From Limisphaerales bacterium (GTDB taxonomy: Bacteria > Verrucomicrobiota > Verrucomicrobiia > Limisphaerales > SIBE01), in NCBI GenBank assembly GCA_044225505.1, contig JBGAIN010000010.1, forward strand, positions 62,001 to 105,721: a stretch of 43,721 bases of DNA, in the 5' to 3' direction. The notes beneath the pieces were generated by a model. That model saw only the letters and a program-made list of their open reading frames with translations, was not told the origin of the DNA and ran no database searches. Below are positions 16,532-25,690 of the stretch, piece by piece (within the stretch, counting starts at the first letter, position 1; every line of letters begins with the position of its first letter). The translations under genes and the position numbers were made by a program.

Positions 16532-16560
16532 TGTACTAATTGTTTAGTACAATAAGTCAA
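16532..16560 (-). promoter_or_regulatory. YtrA-type operator overlapping the promoter of the GntR-ABC operon
   Basis: Palindrome TGTACTAA-TTGT-TTAGTACA (16532-16551). The minus strand reads TTGACT (16560-16555) ... TACAGT just ahead of the GTG start. Confidence 0.8.
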
Positions 16561-16850
16561 GCCGAAGCTTAGGGGAGGGATGACAGCGAGTTTAACGAAT
16601 CCTGGGAGCCGATCTGTGCCCATCCTGTTTGTTTCGATTTAGGGCAAGTCCGACGAGCTTCTTGGACGCGTCGTTTATTCATTCAAACTTCCTAAACGCC
16701 GAGCTGGTTTTGGAGCGTCGCTCCGGGACCTGCTGCCGGAGTCGCTTGACGACGCGGGGGTTTCCTGGCTTTTTGGTGCGTCCTTATGGGTGGGCTGCGT
16801 CCGTTGTTAACCTAAACTTGGTCAGTTCAGACCACCTTGAAAAAGAGTTC

Positions 16851-17987
16851 ATGAACCCAAGTGTCGTGCCCATGTCGATGCGCTGGACCAGCGACGGGAT
16901 ACTGGTTATTGGACTGACTGGCGACTGGCTCGTGCGACAAATTCCAGGGGCGGCGGATTCCGTGGCGGATGAGGTGTCCCGCGCTGCCCAGCCTCGCGGT
17001 TTAGCGTTTGATGCCAGCCAGTTAGGGCGGTGGGATAGTGCGTTGGTTTCTTTCGCCATTCGTTGCTTCGACCTTTGTCAGCGGACCCAGATTGAGTTTC
17101 AGGACGGCGGTTTGCCTGCGGGTGTGCGCAAGTTGATTGGCTTGGCCCAGAGCGTGCCTGAAAAGCGGGATGCGCGACGGGTGAAAGAGGTGAAGCCTTG
17201 GGTCGAGCGCGTTGGCGACGGCGTGATTGGAAGCTGGCTGGTTTCGCGCGAAGCGATCACTTTCTTAGGCGAGGTCGTCCTGGCGGTGGGACGCCTGCTG
17301 CGGCGGCAGGCGCAATTCCGTTGGTCGGACACCATGCTGGTCATGCAAGCGTGCGGACCCGAGGCCTTGGGCGTGGTCGCTTTGATCAATTTCCTGGTTG
17401 GGCTAATCCTGGCCTTTGTGGGGGCAGTGCAGTTGAGCCAGTTTGGGGCTGCGATCTACGTGGCGGACCTGGTGGCCATCGCCACGGTTCGGGAAATGGG
17501 TTGTCTCATGACGGCCATTATCCTGTGCGGTAGGACAGGGGCAGCGTTTGCCGCGCAGTTGGGCACCATGAAGGTGAATGAAGAAATTGACGCTTTCCGG
17601 ACGTTTGGGATTTCGTCGGTTGAATTTCTGGTCTTGCCGCGCGTGGTCGGACTGTTTCTGATGGTGCCGCTTTTATGCATCTTTGCGGATTTGATCGCGA
17701 TCCTGGGTGGGTTTGTGGTTTCAACGTCAATGCTTGACGTCGGGGTCACGGAGTATATCGACCGGACATTATATGCCATCACGCTACGGAGCTTTTTGTT
17801 GGGTATTGGGAAAGGGGCCTTCTTTGGCGTGCTGGTGGCTATGACTGGGTGTTTTCGTGGACTACGCAGCGGCGATAGTGCGGCGGCCGTAGGACTCGCT
17901 ACGACTTCGGCGGTGGTTACGGGCATCACGACCATCATCGCGGCGGACGGCATTTTCGCGGTGTTGTGTTACATCCTGGGAATCTGA
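16851..17987 (+). CDS. mlaE: MlaE-family ABC permease with N-terminal STAS-like domain
   Basis: N-terminal LTGDW...FDASQLGRWDSAL; REMGCLMTAIILCGRTGAAFAAQLGTMKVNEEIDA, LVLPR and VGLATTSAVV motifs. Start chosen at ATG 16851. Confidence 0.9.
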   Translation: MNPSVVPMSMRWTSDGILVIGLTGDWLVRQIPGAADSVADEVSRAAQPRGLAFDASQLGRWDSALVSFAIRCFDLCQRTQIEFQDGGLPAGVRKLIGLAQSVPEKRDARRVKEVKPWVERVGDGVIGSWLVSREAITFLGEVVLAVGRLLRRQAQFRWSDTMLVMQACGPEALGVVALINFLVGLILAFVGAVQLSQFGAAIYVADLVAIATVREMGCLMTAIILCGRTGAAFAAQLGTMKVNEEIDAFRTFGISSVEFLVLPRVVGLFLMVPLLCIFADLIAILGGFVVSTSMLDVGVTEYIDRTLYAITLRSFLLGIGKGAFFGVLVAMTGCFRGLRSGDSAAAVGLATTSAVVTGITTIIAADGIFAVLCYILGI

Positions 17988-17989
17988 CG

Positions 17990-18791
17990 ATGACCACACC
18001 TGCCGCCCCCGTCAAAATCGAGATCCGGAATCTGACCATGGCCTATGGATCGTACGTGGTCATGCGCGACATCAACACCTCGGTGCGAGCCGGGGATGTT
18101 TTCGTGATCATGGGCGGCTCGGGCAGCGGGAAAAGCAGTTTGCTCAAGCATATGATCGGGTTGAAAGCTCCCGCGCAAGGCGACGTGCTCTACGATGGAC
18201 GCAGTTTTTGGAGTTCGACCCCGGAAGAGCAGCAAGCCGTCTTGCGCCGGTTCGGGGTGTTGTTTCAGAACGGGGCTTTGTGGAGTTCGATGACGTTGGC
18301 GGAGAACGTCGCGCTTCCATTGGGCGAGTATACGGATTTATCCCCCGCGGATATCGATGATCTGGTTCGGCTCAAGTTGTCTCTGGTAGGGCTGAAAGGC
18401 TTTGAAGAGTATTATCCGTCCGAGATCTCGGGCGGCATGAGGAAACGCGCGGCCTTGGCGCGCGCGATGGCCTTGGATCCGGAAGTGCTCTTTTTTGATG
18501 AGCCTTCGTCCGGTCTGGATCCGGTGAGTTCGCGCCGTCTGGACGACTTGATCCTGGAACTGCGCGCCAGCTTAGGAGCGACGGTCGTGGTGGTGTCGCA
18601 CGATCTTGCCAGCATCTTCGCCATCGCGGACCATGCCATTTTCTTGGATGCCAGTACGCGGACGATGCGCGCGGAAGGGAACCCGCGCACGTTATTGGAG
18701 GAAACAAGCGACCGTGTGTTGCGAGAGTTTTTGACTCCGAGGCGAAGCCGCTGCGCCCAAACCCAGCTCACAACCGGAGGTGAGGCCGTGA
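17990..18791 (+). CDS. mlaF: MlaF/Mkl-family ABC ATPase (one extra base near 18738 reads it through into mlaD)
   Basis: GGSGSGKS, GVLFQNGAL, PSEISGGMRKRAALARA, FFDEPSSGLDP and VSHDL. Removing one C in ACTCCGAGG gives FLTRGEAAAPKPSSQPEVRP*, ending in a GTGA overlap with mlaD. Confidence 0.85.
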
Positions 18792-19770
18792 GCACGACAG
18801 CAAATCCGAAAACGATAGGGATGTTTGTGGTGGTTGGGGTCGCCTTGGGAATCGCGGCGATCGTTACCTTCAGCTCGGTCCGGTTTTTCGCGAAGACCGA
18901 GCATTATATCCTCTATTTGACTCGTCGGTCAGGGTTCAGTCCTGGAGCACTCCGTGAAGCTTCGCGGTGTGACCGTGGGATCCGTGCGTGAGACTTGATT
19001 CGGCACAGTCAACGCGCCAACGACGTGCATATCCCTGTGATTATCTCACTGGACGAAACCTTGATGAGCCAGAAGACGGATCGTTCGGTTGACCTAACGG
19101 ACCCAGTTGCGTTTCAAAATATGGTCCAGCGCGGGTTGCGTGGCATTCTGCAAGCCCAGAGTCTTTTAACTGGGATTCTCTACGTCGAACTGGATGTCTT
19201 GCCCAACAGCCCGCCGCCGCGTTTGCATCAGGTCGGAAAGGAATACAAAGAAATCCCGACGGTCCCAACGCAGATCGAAGCCTTTTTCGAAAAGCTCTCC
19301 GAGATCGACTTCAAAAAAACGCTCGATCAATTGAACTTCGTCTTAACTCGATTGGATGATCGTTTGACCGAGCTGAAGGTGGGCGAAATCAGCGACGGCT
19401 TGACCAACCTTATCACATCCATGGATTCAGTCGTCCGCTCGCCTGATTTGACCAACAGCCTATCCGCGCTTCACGTTACCTTGAATGGTATCGCCGTCTC
19501 TCCGAGACGGTGCGCGCCAAGGTCGATCCTCTCGCGACGCGCGCGGACGGCACATTGCAGGAAGCGCAAGCGACGATGACCGAGCTCCGCCAGGATCTTC
19601 AAAATGTGCGCGATTTGCTCGCGCCCCAAGCGCCGCTCCGTCGCGACCTGGCGCTCGCCATGAACGAACTTGCGGAAGCGGCGCGGTCGATCGGAGGCCT
19701 CGCCGAATTTCTCACGAGTCATCCGGACGCTCTGCTGCGGGGACGCAAAATCCAAGAACCAAAACCATGA
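18788..19770 (+). pseudogene. mlaD: MlaD/MCE-domain protein, multiply frameshifted (pseudogene or sequencing errors)
   Basis: GGAGG RBS and GTG start; pieces in different frames: ANPKTIGMFVVVG, (Y)FDSSV, PVKLRGVTVGSV, GLRGILQAQSLLTGILYVELD, EIPTVPT and LAEFLTSHPDALLRG. Indels near 18915-18995 and 19487. Confidence 0.8.
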
Positions 19771-20384
19771 GATGCTTTTTCCTGCGCTCGCTCGTCGTTC
19801 TGGCCGGTTGTTGCCTATGTCTGACAAGCTGTTTGGGACGCCGAGCTCGCCGGACCCGACACGGTCCTATATCTTAACCCCGCTGACCGTGGAACTGGAA
19901 CCGCCGCGGACGCTTCCCGTGGATTCGCTGGGAATTGCCCCGGTGGAGATACCTTCTACCTCCTTGGCAACGCCCTGGTATTCCGCAAAGGAGATTCAGA
20001 GGTCCGCTATTCGAGTTCATCGTTGGGCGGGAACGGTTGGATAAAGGTGTCCAGCGCGTTTTGGGGGCGAACCTGGCGCTCCTGCTCCGGTCGGATCGCA
20101 TTGAGCTGTGTCCGCCTGGCTGCGGCAATCGGTGAAAGCCGAGCTCCGTGTCGATCCCATCGCTTTGAATGCGACGAACAGAGGGCCAAGTCGTGCTGGA
20201 GGCCCGTTGGCGGCTGGCTGGGCCGGGCGGGGAACCGACGTTGCTCGCCCGAAGTTCGCGGATCGCCTGGCAGACTTCCGCACCGGTTCGCCAGACGGAA
20301 GCGGCGGTCGCAGAGTTGAGCCATGCCCTGGCCGATTTGAGTCGTGAAATTGCCGAGGGCGCAACCCGGGTGTCGGCCCCTTGA
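19767..20384 (+). pseudogene. PqiC-like / ABC transport auxiliary lipoprotein, multiply frameshifted
   Basis: MRCFFLRSLVVLAGCCLCLTSC (lipobox LTSC), then PDPTRSYILTP, GIAPVEIP, HRWA, LDKGVQRVLGANL and GQVVLEARWRL...LSHALADLSREIA in shifting frames. Confidence 0.75.
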
Positions 20385-20638
20385 ACGAGCTGCGCCTGAT
20401 TTGTCATCTGACAGAGGGTGCCTGTGTTGTCGGCCAGGCGCAGGTTCCTCCGCCGACTTTAAGATGCGGCTGTTGCAGGTGACCCATGCCGCCAGTTTCG
20501 GGCTTCTAAATCAAAGAGTTACAGCGCTGCTAGGCTAAACGACGCGGTTTTAGGGACGCCTTTCATTTCGTTGGTGCTCTCTCGCTGTGCAAATCCTGAG
20601 GTCGACAGCGGTGCGGTCGCAACCCTACGCTGTTGGGC

Positions 20639-21754
20639 ATGCCATCCACGCTCGCTACCGTTCGGGCCTGCTTTGTCTTTCTCAGTTCCCTTTCGATCGT
20701 GCTGGGAAGTGATGCCGGGCGAAATTGGGGCGTGGAACGCCGGTCTTATCTCGATCCCGTGACTGGGGTGAGCGTGTGGGAAATGACCAAAGCTGGAACT
20801 GTGTCTGACAATCTCTACTTCCATTTCTCCAACTTCACGGCCGATAACCGATATCTGATATTCGTCTCGGATCGAACCGGTTCGACCCAACTCTTTCGCG
20901 CGGAGGTGACGACCGGCGAGATTGTGCAGCTGACAGACGATCACACCGTCAATGCGCGCTCTACTTGCCCGGACCCATCCGAGCCTCGACGCCTTTACTA
21001 TCTGCGGGGACCGGAGGTCGTCGCCTTGGACGTTGTGGACATGAGGCAGACGAGGATTGGCGAGATCCCTCCGCCGTATGTGGGTGGCTTTCAAGGGCTC
21101 ACATCCAGCGGGGATGGCAAATGGTTGACGACGACCAAGCAGCGCGACACGAACACCTGGGAGATTGGGCTAATCCATATCGCATCGGGCGAGTATCGCA
21201 CAGTTCTTCAACAAGGGTTTCGCATCGGGCACGTGCAGCATAGTCCGACCGATCCGGTGATCTTTTATGTTTGGGAGACTGGGGGCTATGCGCCGCAGCG
21301 AACGTGGTTGGTGCAAACCGACGGCTCGGGCAATCGGCCATTCTATGCGCGAACGGATCCGAAGGGTTGGTGGACGCCATTGAAGGAATGGGTCACGCAC
21401 GAAGCTTGGGTGGCCGCCACGGGCGAGATGACCATGGTCAACGACAAACTCGGCGTCATGATGGTGGCTAAGGACGGGGCGGCGCGTCTCGTGGCGCGTG
21501 GCGATTACTGGCATGCAGCGGCGCGGTTTGACGGCAAGTTCCTGGTCCTGGACGACGCTTCGGGGCGGCTTTGGCTGACGGAGACCGAGACGGGCAACAC
21601 CCGCCTGCTCGCGACTGGGTTGCGCGATGCCGTGCATGCTGTGCATGCGCATGCTTCGTTCGATCGCAAGGGAGATTACGTTCAGTTTCACACCGGCCGG
21701 ACGCACGAGACCGTCGCGATCATTGATTTGAGGAGTTTGCCGCCGACGCGTTAA
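20639..21754 (+). CDS. Secreted beta-propeller protein of the oligogalacturonate lyase (Ogl)/TolB-like family
   Basis: Signal peptide; YLDPVTG, LYFHFSNFTADNRYLIFVSDRTG, GHVQHSPTDP, THEAW, YWH and HAHASF His-rich propeller motifs. Confidence 0.75.
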   Translation: MPSTLATVRACFVFLSSLSIVLGSDAGRNWGVERRSYLDPVTGVSVWEMTKAGTVSDNLYFHFSNFTADNRYLIFVSDRTGSTQLFRAEVTTGEIVQLTDDHTVNARSTCPDPSEPRRLYYLRGPEVVALDVVDMRQTRIGEIPPPYVGGFQGLTSSGDGKWLTTTKQRDTNTWEIGLIHIASGEYRTVLQQGFRIGHVQHSPTDPVIFYVWETGGYAPQRTWLVQTDGSGNRPFYARTDPKGWWTPLKEWVTHEAWVAATGEMTMVNDKLGVMMVAKDGAARLVARGDYWHAAARFDGKFLVLDDASGRLWLTETETGNTRLLATGLRDAVHAVHAHASFDRKGDYVQFHTGRTHETVAIIDLRSLPPTR

Positions 21755-21818
21755 GACCTGCCAGGTCGCGTGACCCCAACCCCTTGACGAAACGGGCGGA
21801 CCGTTCAAGGATTGCGGC

Positions 21819-23141
21819 GTGAACGACCTGCTCTTCGCCCGCGCGCAGATGGGGATGTCTCTGGCGTTCCACATTATCTTCGCCAGCGTTGGCATTGGAA
21901 TGCCCGTCCTCATGGCGATCGCAGAGGGCATCCATTTGCGGACGGGGAATCCGGTGTATCTCGAGCTCGCGCGGCGCTGGGCGCATGGCACGGCGATTCT
22001 GTTTGCGGTCGGGGCAGTCTCCGGGACGGTTCTCTCTCTGGAGCTGGGATTGCTCTGGCCGAAATTTATGGAGCACGCCGGCGCAATCATCGGGATGCCA
22101 TTCTCGCTGGAGGGATTTGCGTTTTTCACCGAAGCGATCTTTCTCGGAATTTTTCTCTACGGCTGGAATCGCATTTCACCGTGGATGCATTGGGCGGCGG
22201 GCCTCATGGTAGCCGTCAGTGGTATCTTTTCAGGGATCTTCGTGGTGACGGCCAATGCCTGGATGAACACGCCGGCTGGATTCACTTTTCGGGAGGGTGT
22301 CTTTTCCAATATCGATCCCATTGCCGCGATGCTCAATCCGGCGTCGTTTCATCAAGTCGTCCATATGACGTTCGCCGCCTTGATTGGCACTGGGTTTGTG
22401 GTCGCTGGCATTCATGCTTATTACCTGCTTCGACAGCCTGGCAGCGCGTTTCACCAGGCGGCGTTCCGAATCGCCGCCGCGGTGGGGTGCCTCTGCGCGC
22501 CGCTGCAATTGGTGACCGGCGATCTGGCGGCGCGCGCGGTGGCGCGGCTGCAGCCGGCAAAGCTCGCAGCGATGGAAGCCCATTACCACACCGGGACGTC
22601 GGCTCCGCTCGTGATTGGAGGAATTCCAGACTCGGAGCGGGGTGAAGTTCACTACGGTCTGCAGATCCCGGGCGGCCTGAGTTTTCTGGTTGGGAACGAT
22701 TTCAAGACGGAGGTGACCGGCCTGGATAAGTTCCAGCGTGCGGACTGGCCGAATGTGCGGTGGGTGCACTGGAGTTTTGACCTGATGGTAGCGTGCGGGA
22801 TGTTATTGCTTCTGCTCGCTCTGGCGACGGGTGTGCGGTTCTGGCGGTATCGCCGAGTCAGTGATTCAAAGCGATTGCTTCAATTCTATTGGGTGGCAGC
22901 GCCGCTCGGTTTGATCGGAATTGAGCTGGGTTGGTTCGTCACCGAATTTGGCAGGCAGCCTTGGGTGATTTACGGGATCCTACGAACCGAGCATGCCGTC
23001 ACGCCGATGCCAAACCTAATCATTCCGTTCACGGTCTTTACCGGCGTTTACCTCTTTCTCTCGTTTGTTCTGGTTTACCTGCTCAAGCGGCAATTTACAT
23101 TGAGTGGAAAAGCGGCATTGGAGGAAGAGCATGGAGCTTGA
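21819..23141 (+). CDS. cydA: Cytochrome bd quinol oxidase subunit I (short Q-loop type)
   Basis: ARAQMG..LAFHIIF, FAVGAVSGT, EGFAFFTEAIF, NAWMNTP, QPAKLAAMEA, FDLMV and GWFVTEFGRQPW motifs. Confidence 0.95.
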   Translation: MNDLLFARAQMGMSLAFHIIFASVGIGMPVLMAIAEGIHLRTGNPVYLELARRWAHGTAILFAVGAVSGTVLSLELGLLWPKFMEHAGAIIGMPFSLEGFAFFTEAIFLGIFLYGWNRISPWMHWAAGLMVAVSGIFSGIFVVTANAWMNTPAGFTFREGVFSNIDPIAAMLNPASFHQVVHMTFAALIGTGFVVAGIHAYYLLRQPGSAFHQAAFRIAAAVGCLCAPLQLVTGDLAARAVARLQPAKLAAMEAHYHTGTSAPLVIGGIPDSERGEVHYGLQIPGGLSFLVGNDFKTEVTGLDKFQRADWPNVRWVHWSFDLMVACGMLLLLLALATGVRFWRYRRVSDSKRLLQFYWVAAPLGLIGIELGWFVTEFGRQPWVIYGILRTEHAVTPMPNLIIPFTVFTGVYLFLSFVLVYLLKRQFTLSGKAALEEEHGA

Positions 23142-24132
23142 GTTTCTCATTGCGGTAACCACACTTTTATCCCTGATCCTTTACGCGCTCTTGGGCGGTG
23201 CCGATTTCGGTGGCGGCGTGTGGGATCTGCTCGCGTCTGGACCGCGCGCGGCGCGGCAGCGGGAAAAGATTGCGGATGCGATTGCCCCAATCTGGGAGGC
23301 GAACCATGTCTGGTTGATTCTGATGATCGTGCTGTTGTTTACCGCGTGGCCGAAGGCGTTTGCCGCAATGATGACCGCGCTCCACATTCCGGTGACGATC
23401 ATGTTGATCGGGATTGTTTTGCGAGGGACTGCCTTTGTTTTTCGGAAGTACGATTCGCGGCAGGATAAGATCCAACGCCGCTGGAGTCAGCTGTTCGGGA
23501 TTTCGAGTCTGTTCACTCCGCTCATTCAGGGAATGATTCTGGGCGCTCTGGCGACTGGCCAGATTCGCTGGGAGAACGGAATAGTGACGACAGGATTCTT
23601 GGCGGGCTGGTTAACGCCGTTTTCCATTGGATGCGGGGCGTTTGCGCTGGGTCTGTTCGCGTTTCTGGCCGCGACTTACTTGACCGTCGATGCCGCGGAC
23701 GACTCATCGTTGCAGGAAGACTTCCGCATCCGAGCCTTAATCACCGGTGCGGCCCTGTTCCCGTTGGCCTTGGCGGTCTTTTTCACTTCCAAGCATGGCG
23801 CGTTTAAAATGTATGAGGGTTTAACGAACTGGTGGGCGCCCATGCTCCTGGCTTGGACATCGGTTTCAGCGGTGGCCTCGTTTGTCGGTCTATGGTTGCG
23901 GCGCTATCGTCTGGCTCGTGCCGCCGCGATTATCCAAGTCACGAGTATCCTGGTAGGATGGTGCGTGGCACAATATCCCCATTTGATCTACCCCGATCTC
24001 ACCATTACCAACAGCGCGGCGCCTTATGTGACGCTGAGATTGCTGACCATTGCCCTGGGGCTCGGCGCCGTGGTGCTGCTGCCGTCGCTCGCGTATCTCT
24101 TTTACGTGTTCAAAGGCCAACCTGCTCGCTGA
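23131..24132 (+). CDS. cydB: Cytochrome bd quinol oxidase subunit II
   Basis: GGADFGGGVWDL, IAPIWEANHVWLI, LRGTAFVFR, QYPHLIYP and YLFYVFKG motifs. Confidence 0.95.
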   Translation: MELEFLIAVTTLLSLILYALLGGADFGGGVWDLLASGPRAARQREKIADAIAPIWEANHVWLILMIVLLFTAWPKAFAAMMTALHIPVTIMLIGIVLRGTAFVFRKYDSRQDKIQRRWSQLFGISSLFTPLIQGMILGALATGQIRWENGIVTTGFLAGWLTPFSIGCGAFALGLFAFLAATYLTVDAADDSSLQEDFRIRALITGAALFPLALAVFFTSKHGAFKMYEGLTNWWAPMLLAWTSVSAVASFVGLWLRRYRLARAAAIIQVTSILVGWCVAQYPHLIYPDLTITNSAAPYVTLRLLTIALGLGAVVLLPSLAYLFYVFKGQPAR

Positions 24133-24168
24133 GGGTCCGTAAATGTGTGAATGTGAGCGCTGGCTGGC

Positions 24169-24250
24169 GATTTGTCGCACATGCCAGGAGCAAATTGCTC
24201 TTGAGACGGCGCTCCCGTCCGCAATTTGTGAACGGAGTGTGAGACAAATC
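24169..24250. repeat. Nested palindromic (MITE/REP-like) element between convergent genes
   Basis: Outer IR GATTTGTCGCACA/TGTGAGACAAATC, inner IR CAAATTGC/GCAATTTG and innermost GACGG/CCGTC. The 14-mer GTCCGCAATTTGTG recurs at about 37289. Confidence 0.6.
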
Positions 24251-24268
24251 TAGGGCTGGGCAGCCGTT

Positions 24269-24291
24269 TTTGGGAACGGACCGTTCCCAAA
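24269..24291. terminator. Perfect hairpin between convergent cydB and TIM-barrel genes (possible terminator)
   Basis: TTTGGGAACGG-A-CCGTTCCCAAA; no clear U-tract on either strand. Confidence 0.4.
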
Positions 24292-24353
24292 TTCTTCAGC
24301 CGCTGGTGACAAATCGTCTCCAACCGCCTGGAAACGTCTCTTTGGACGAATCT

Positions 24354-25469
24354 TCAGCTCAAGATCCGCCGCAGCGTCTGGTAGGCAATCCGGCAGTCTT
24401 CAATAGCGTCGCGGCCATCCTGACCAGCGGTATCCTGTTCAATGACAAAGTTTTTCAAGCCGGCGAGGGCGGCATTTTCGAAGATGGTTTTATAATCGAT
24501 GTCACCTTCACCCATGGTCACGATTTTGCCGACGCGCCCTCGCTGGCTCGGAGTGAGTTTGGGGTCGATTTCTTTGTATTTGACGTCTTTAACATGCCAC
24601 AGCTCGTAGCGGCCGGGGTTTTTCCGGAACATTGCCAGGGCATCTTGGCCAGCAATGTAGGCCCACCCGATATCGAGCTGCATGGTGACCAGGGCCGGAT
24701 CCGTCTCTGTCAGCAAAAGGTCGTATTGGGTCGTTTTCCCATCGTCCAGGAGATCAAATTCGCCCGCGTGGTTATGGACTAAGATCTTCATCCCGAATTT
24801 CTTCACGAGCTCGCCGTGTTTGTTCAATCGAGCGCAATTGGCCTTCACGGACTCGACAGTCTGCGGTGGACGTGGGGGGAACGGACCGCCGTTCGGGCCG
24901 GGGCGTGGTCCGCCAGGAGGCACTGTCCCTGGCCCGGGTGAGGCCTTAGGTTCGTCCGGTCGTTTTGGAGCCTCTGGTGTAGCGGCGGCGGCCGGTCCTG
25001 GCGGGTTGCCCGGAGCGGGAGGTTGGCCAGGCGCGCCCGGCGGTCTGGGCGTCCGTGGCGCCCGTGCGGCGCGGATCTCTGTGTAGCGGATCCCCATCTG
25101 TTGAAATCCCTCCAACTGTTTCTCGAGCTCAGGACCTTCTGTGGCGCCCGCGTGGGTGCTCAGCATTTTCAAGCCGTATTTGTCCAGCAAGCTCTTGTAG
25201 GCTTTGGGATCGAGGTTGTTATAGGGATCGGCCGGTTCCACCTCCTTGTAGCCGATGGCCGCTAGCTTCGCGATCGTCCCTTCATACTCTTTGCGAAGCA
25301 AGTCACGCACGGTATAGAGTTCCAGGCCGATTTGATCTTTCCAGTGAGGAGCGATCTCGGCGACGGCAGGCTGGCCTCCCGCCGCAGCCAGGCACAATCC
25401 GGCGCTGGTGAGGGTGACTTGTTTAAGAAAGGTGCGTCTTGTGAGGGTTTGGTTTGCGTCGTGTTCCAT
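24354..25469 (-). CDS. Tat-exported sugar-phosphate isomerase/epimerase (xylose-isomerase-like TIM barrel) with a Pro-rich insert
   Basis: TRRTFLK Tat motif; IGLELYTVRD, GYKEVE, HNHAGEF, QLDIGW, HVKD, GEGDID and IEQD motifs. Confidence 0.88.
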   Translation of the reverse strand: MEHDANQTLTRRTFLKQVTLTSAGLCLAAAGGQPAVAEIAPHWKDQIGLELYTVRDLLRKEYEGTIAKLAAIGYKEVEPADPYNNLDPKAYKSLLDKYGLKMLSTHAGATEGPELEKQLEGFQQMGIRYTEIRAARAPRTPRPPGAPGQPPAPGNPPGPAAAATPEAPKRPDEPKASPGPGTVPPGGPRPGPNGGPFPPRPPQTVESVKANCARLNKHGELVKKFGMKILVHNHAGEFDLLDDGKTTQYDLLLTETDPALVTMQLDIGWAYIAGQDALAMFRKNPGRYELWHVKDVKYKEIDPKLTPSQRGRVGKIVTMGEGDIDYKTIFENAALAGLKNFVIEQDTAGQDGRDAIEDCRIAYQTLRRILS

Positions 25470-25690
25470 AGATCCAGCGTTCCGGCGGTTAAGGGTTCTT
25501 CATTGGTGACTTCTTTCTACGCGAGCGGGTTACAACGATGGGCCCATAAATCTTCACCGACGCATTCCTGCGCTCGAATAGCCTTCAACCCGGTCGACGC
25601 CGTCCATAATCCATTCCTGTAACCTTTGTTCCTCAATGCGGTGGTAATGGGCAGGAATGCCTCCACTCTGGGGTTTTTTCGAACATAACT

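Noticed and set aside
17966..18991. Apparent MlaF-MlaD fusion protein (341 aa)
   Set aside because: A single extra base near 18738 explains it; mlaD has its own GGAGG RBS and a GTGA overlap, and the region is full of other indels.
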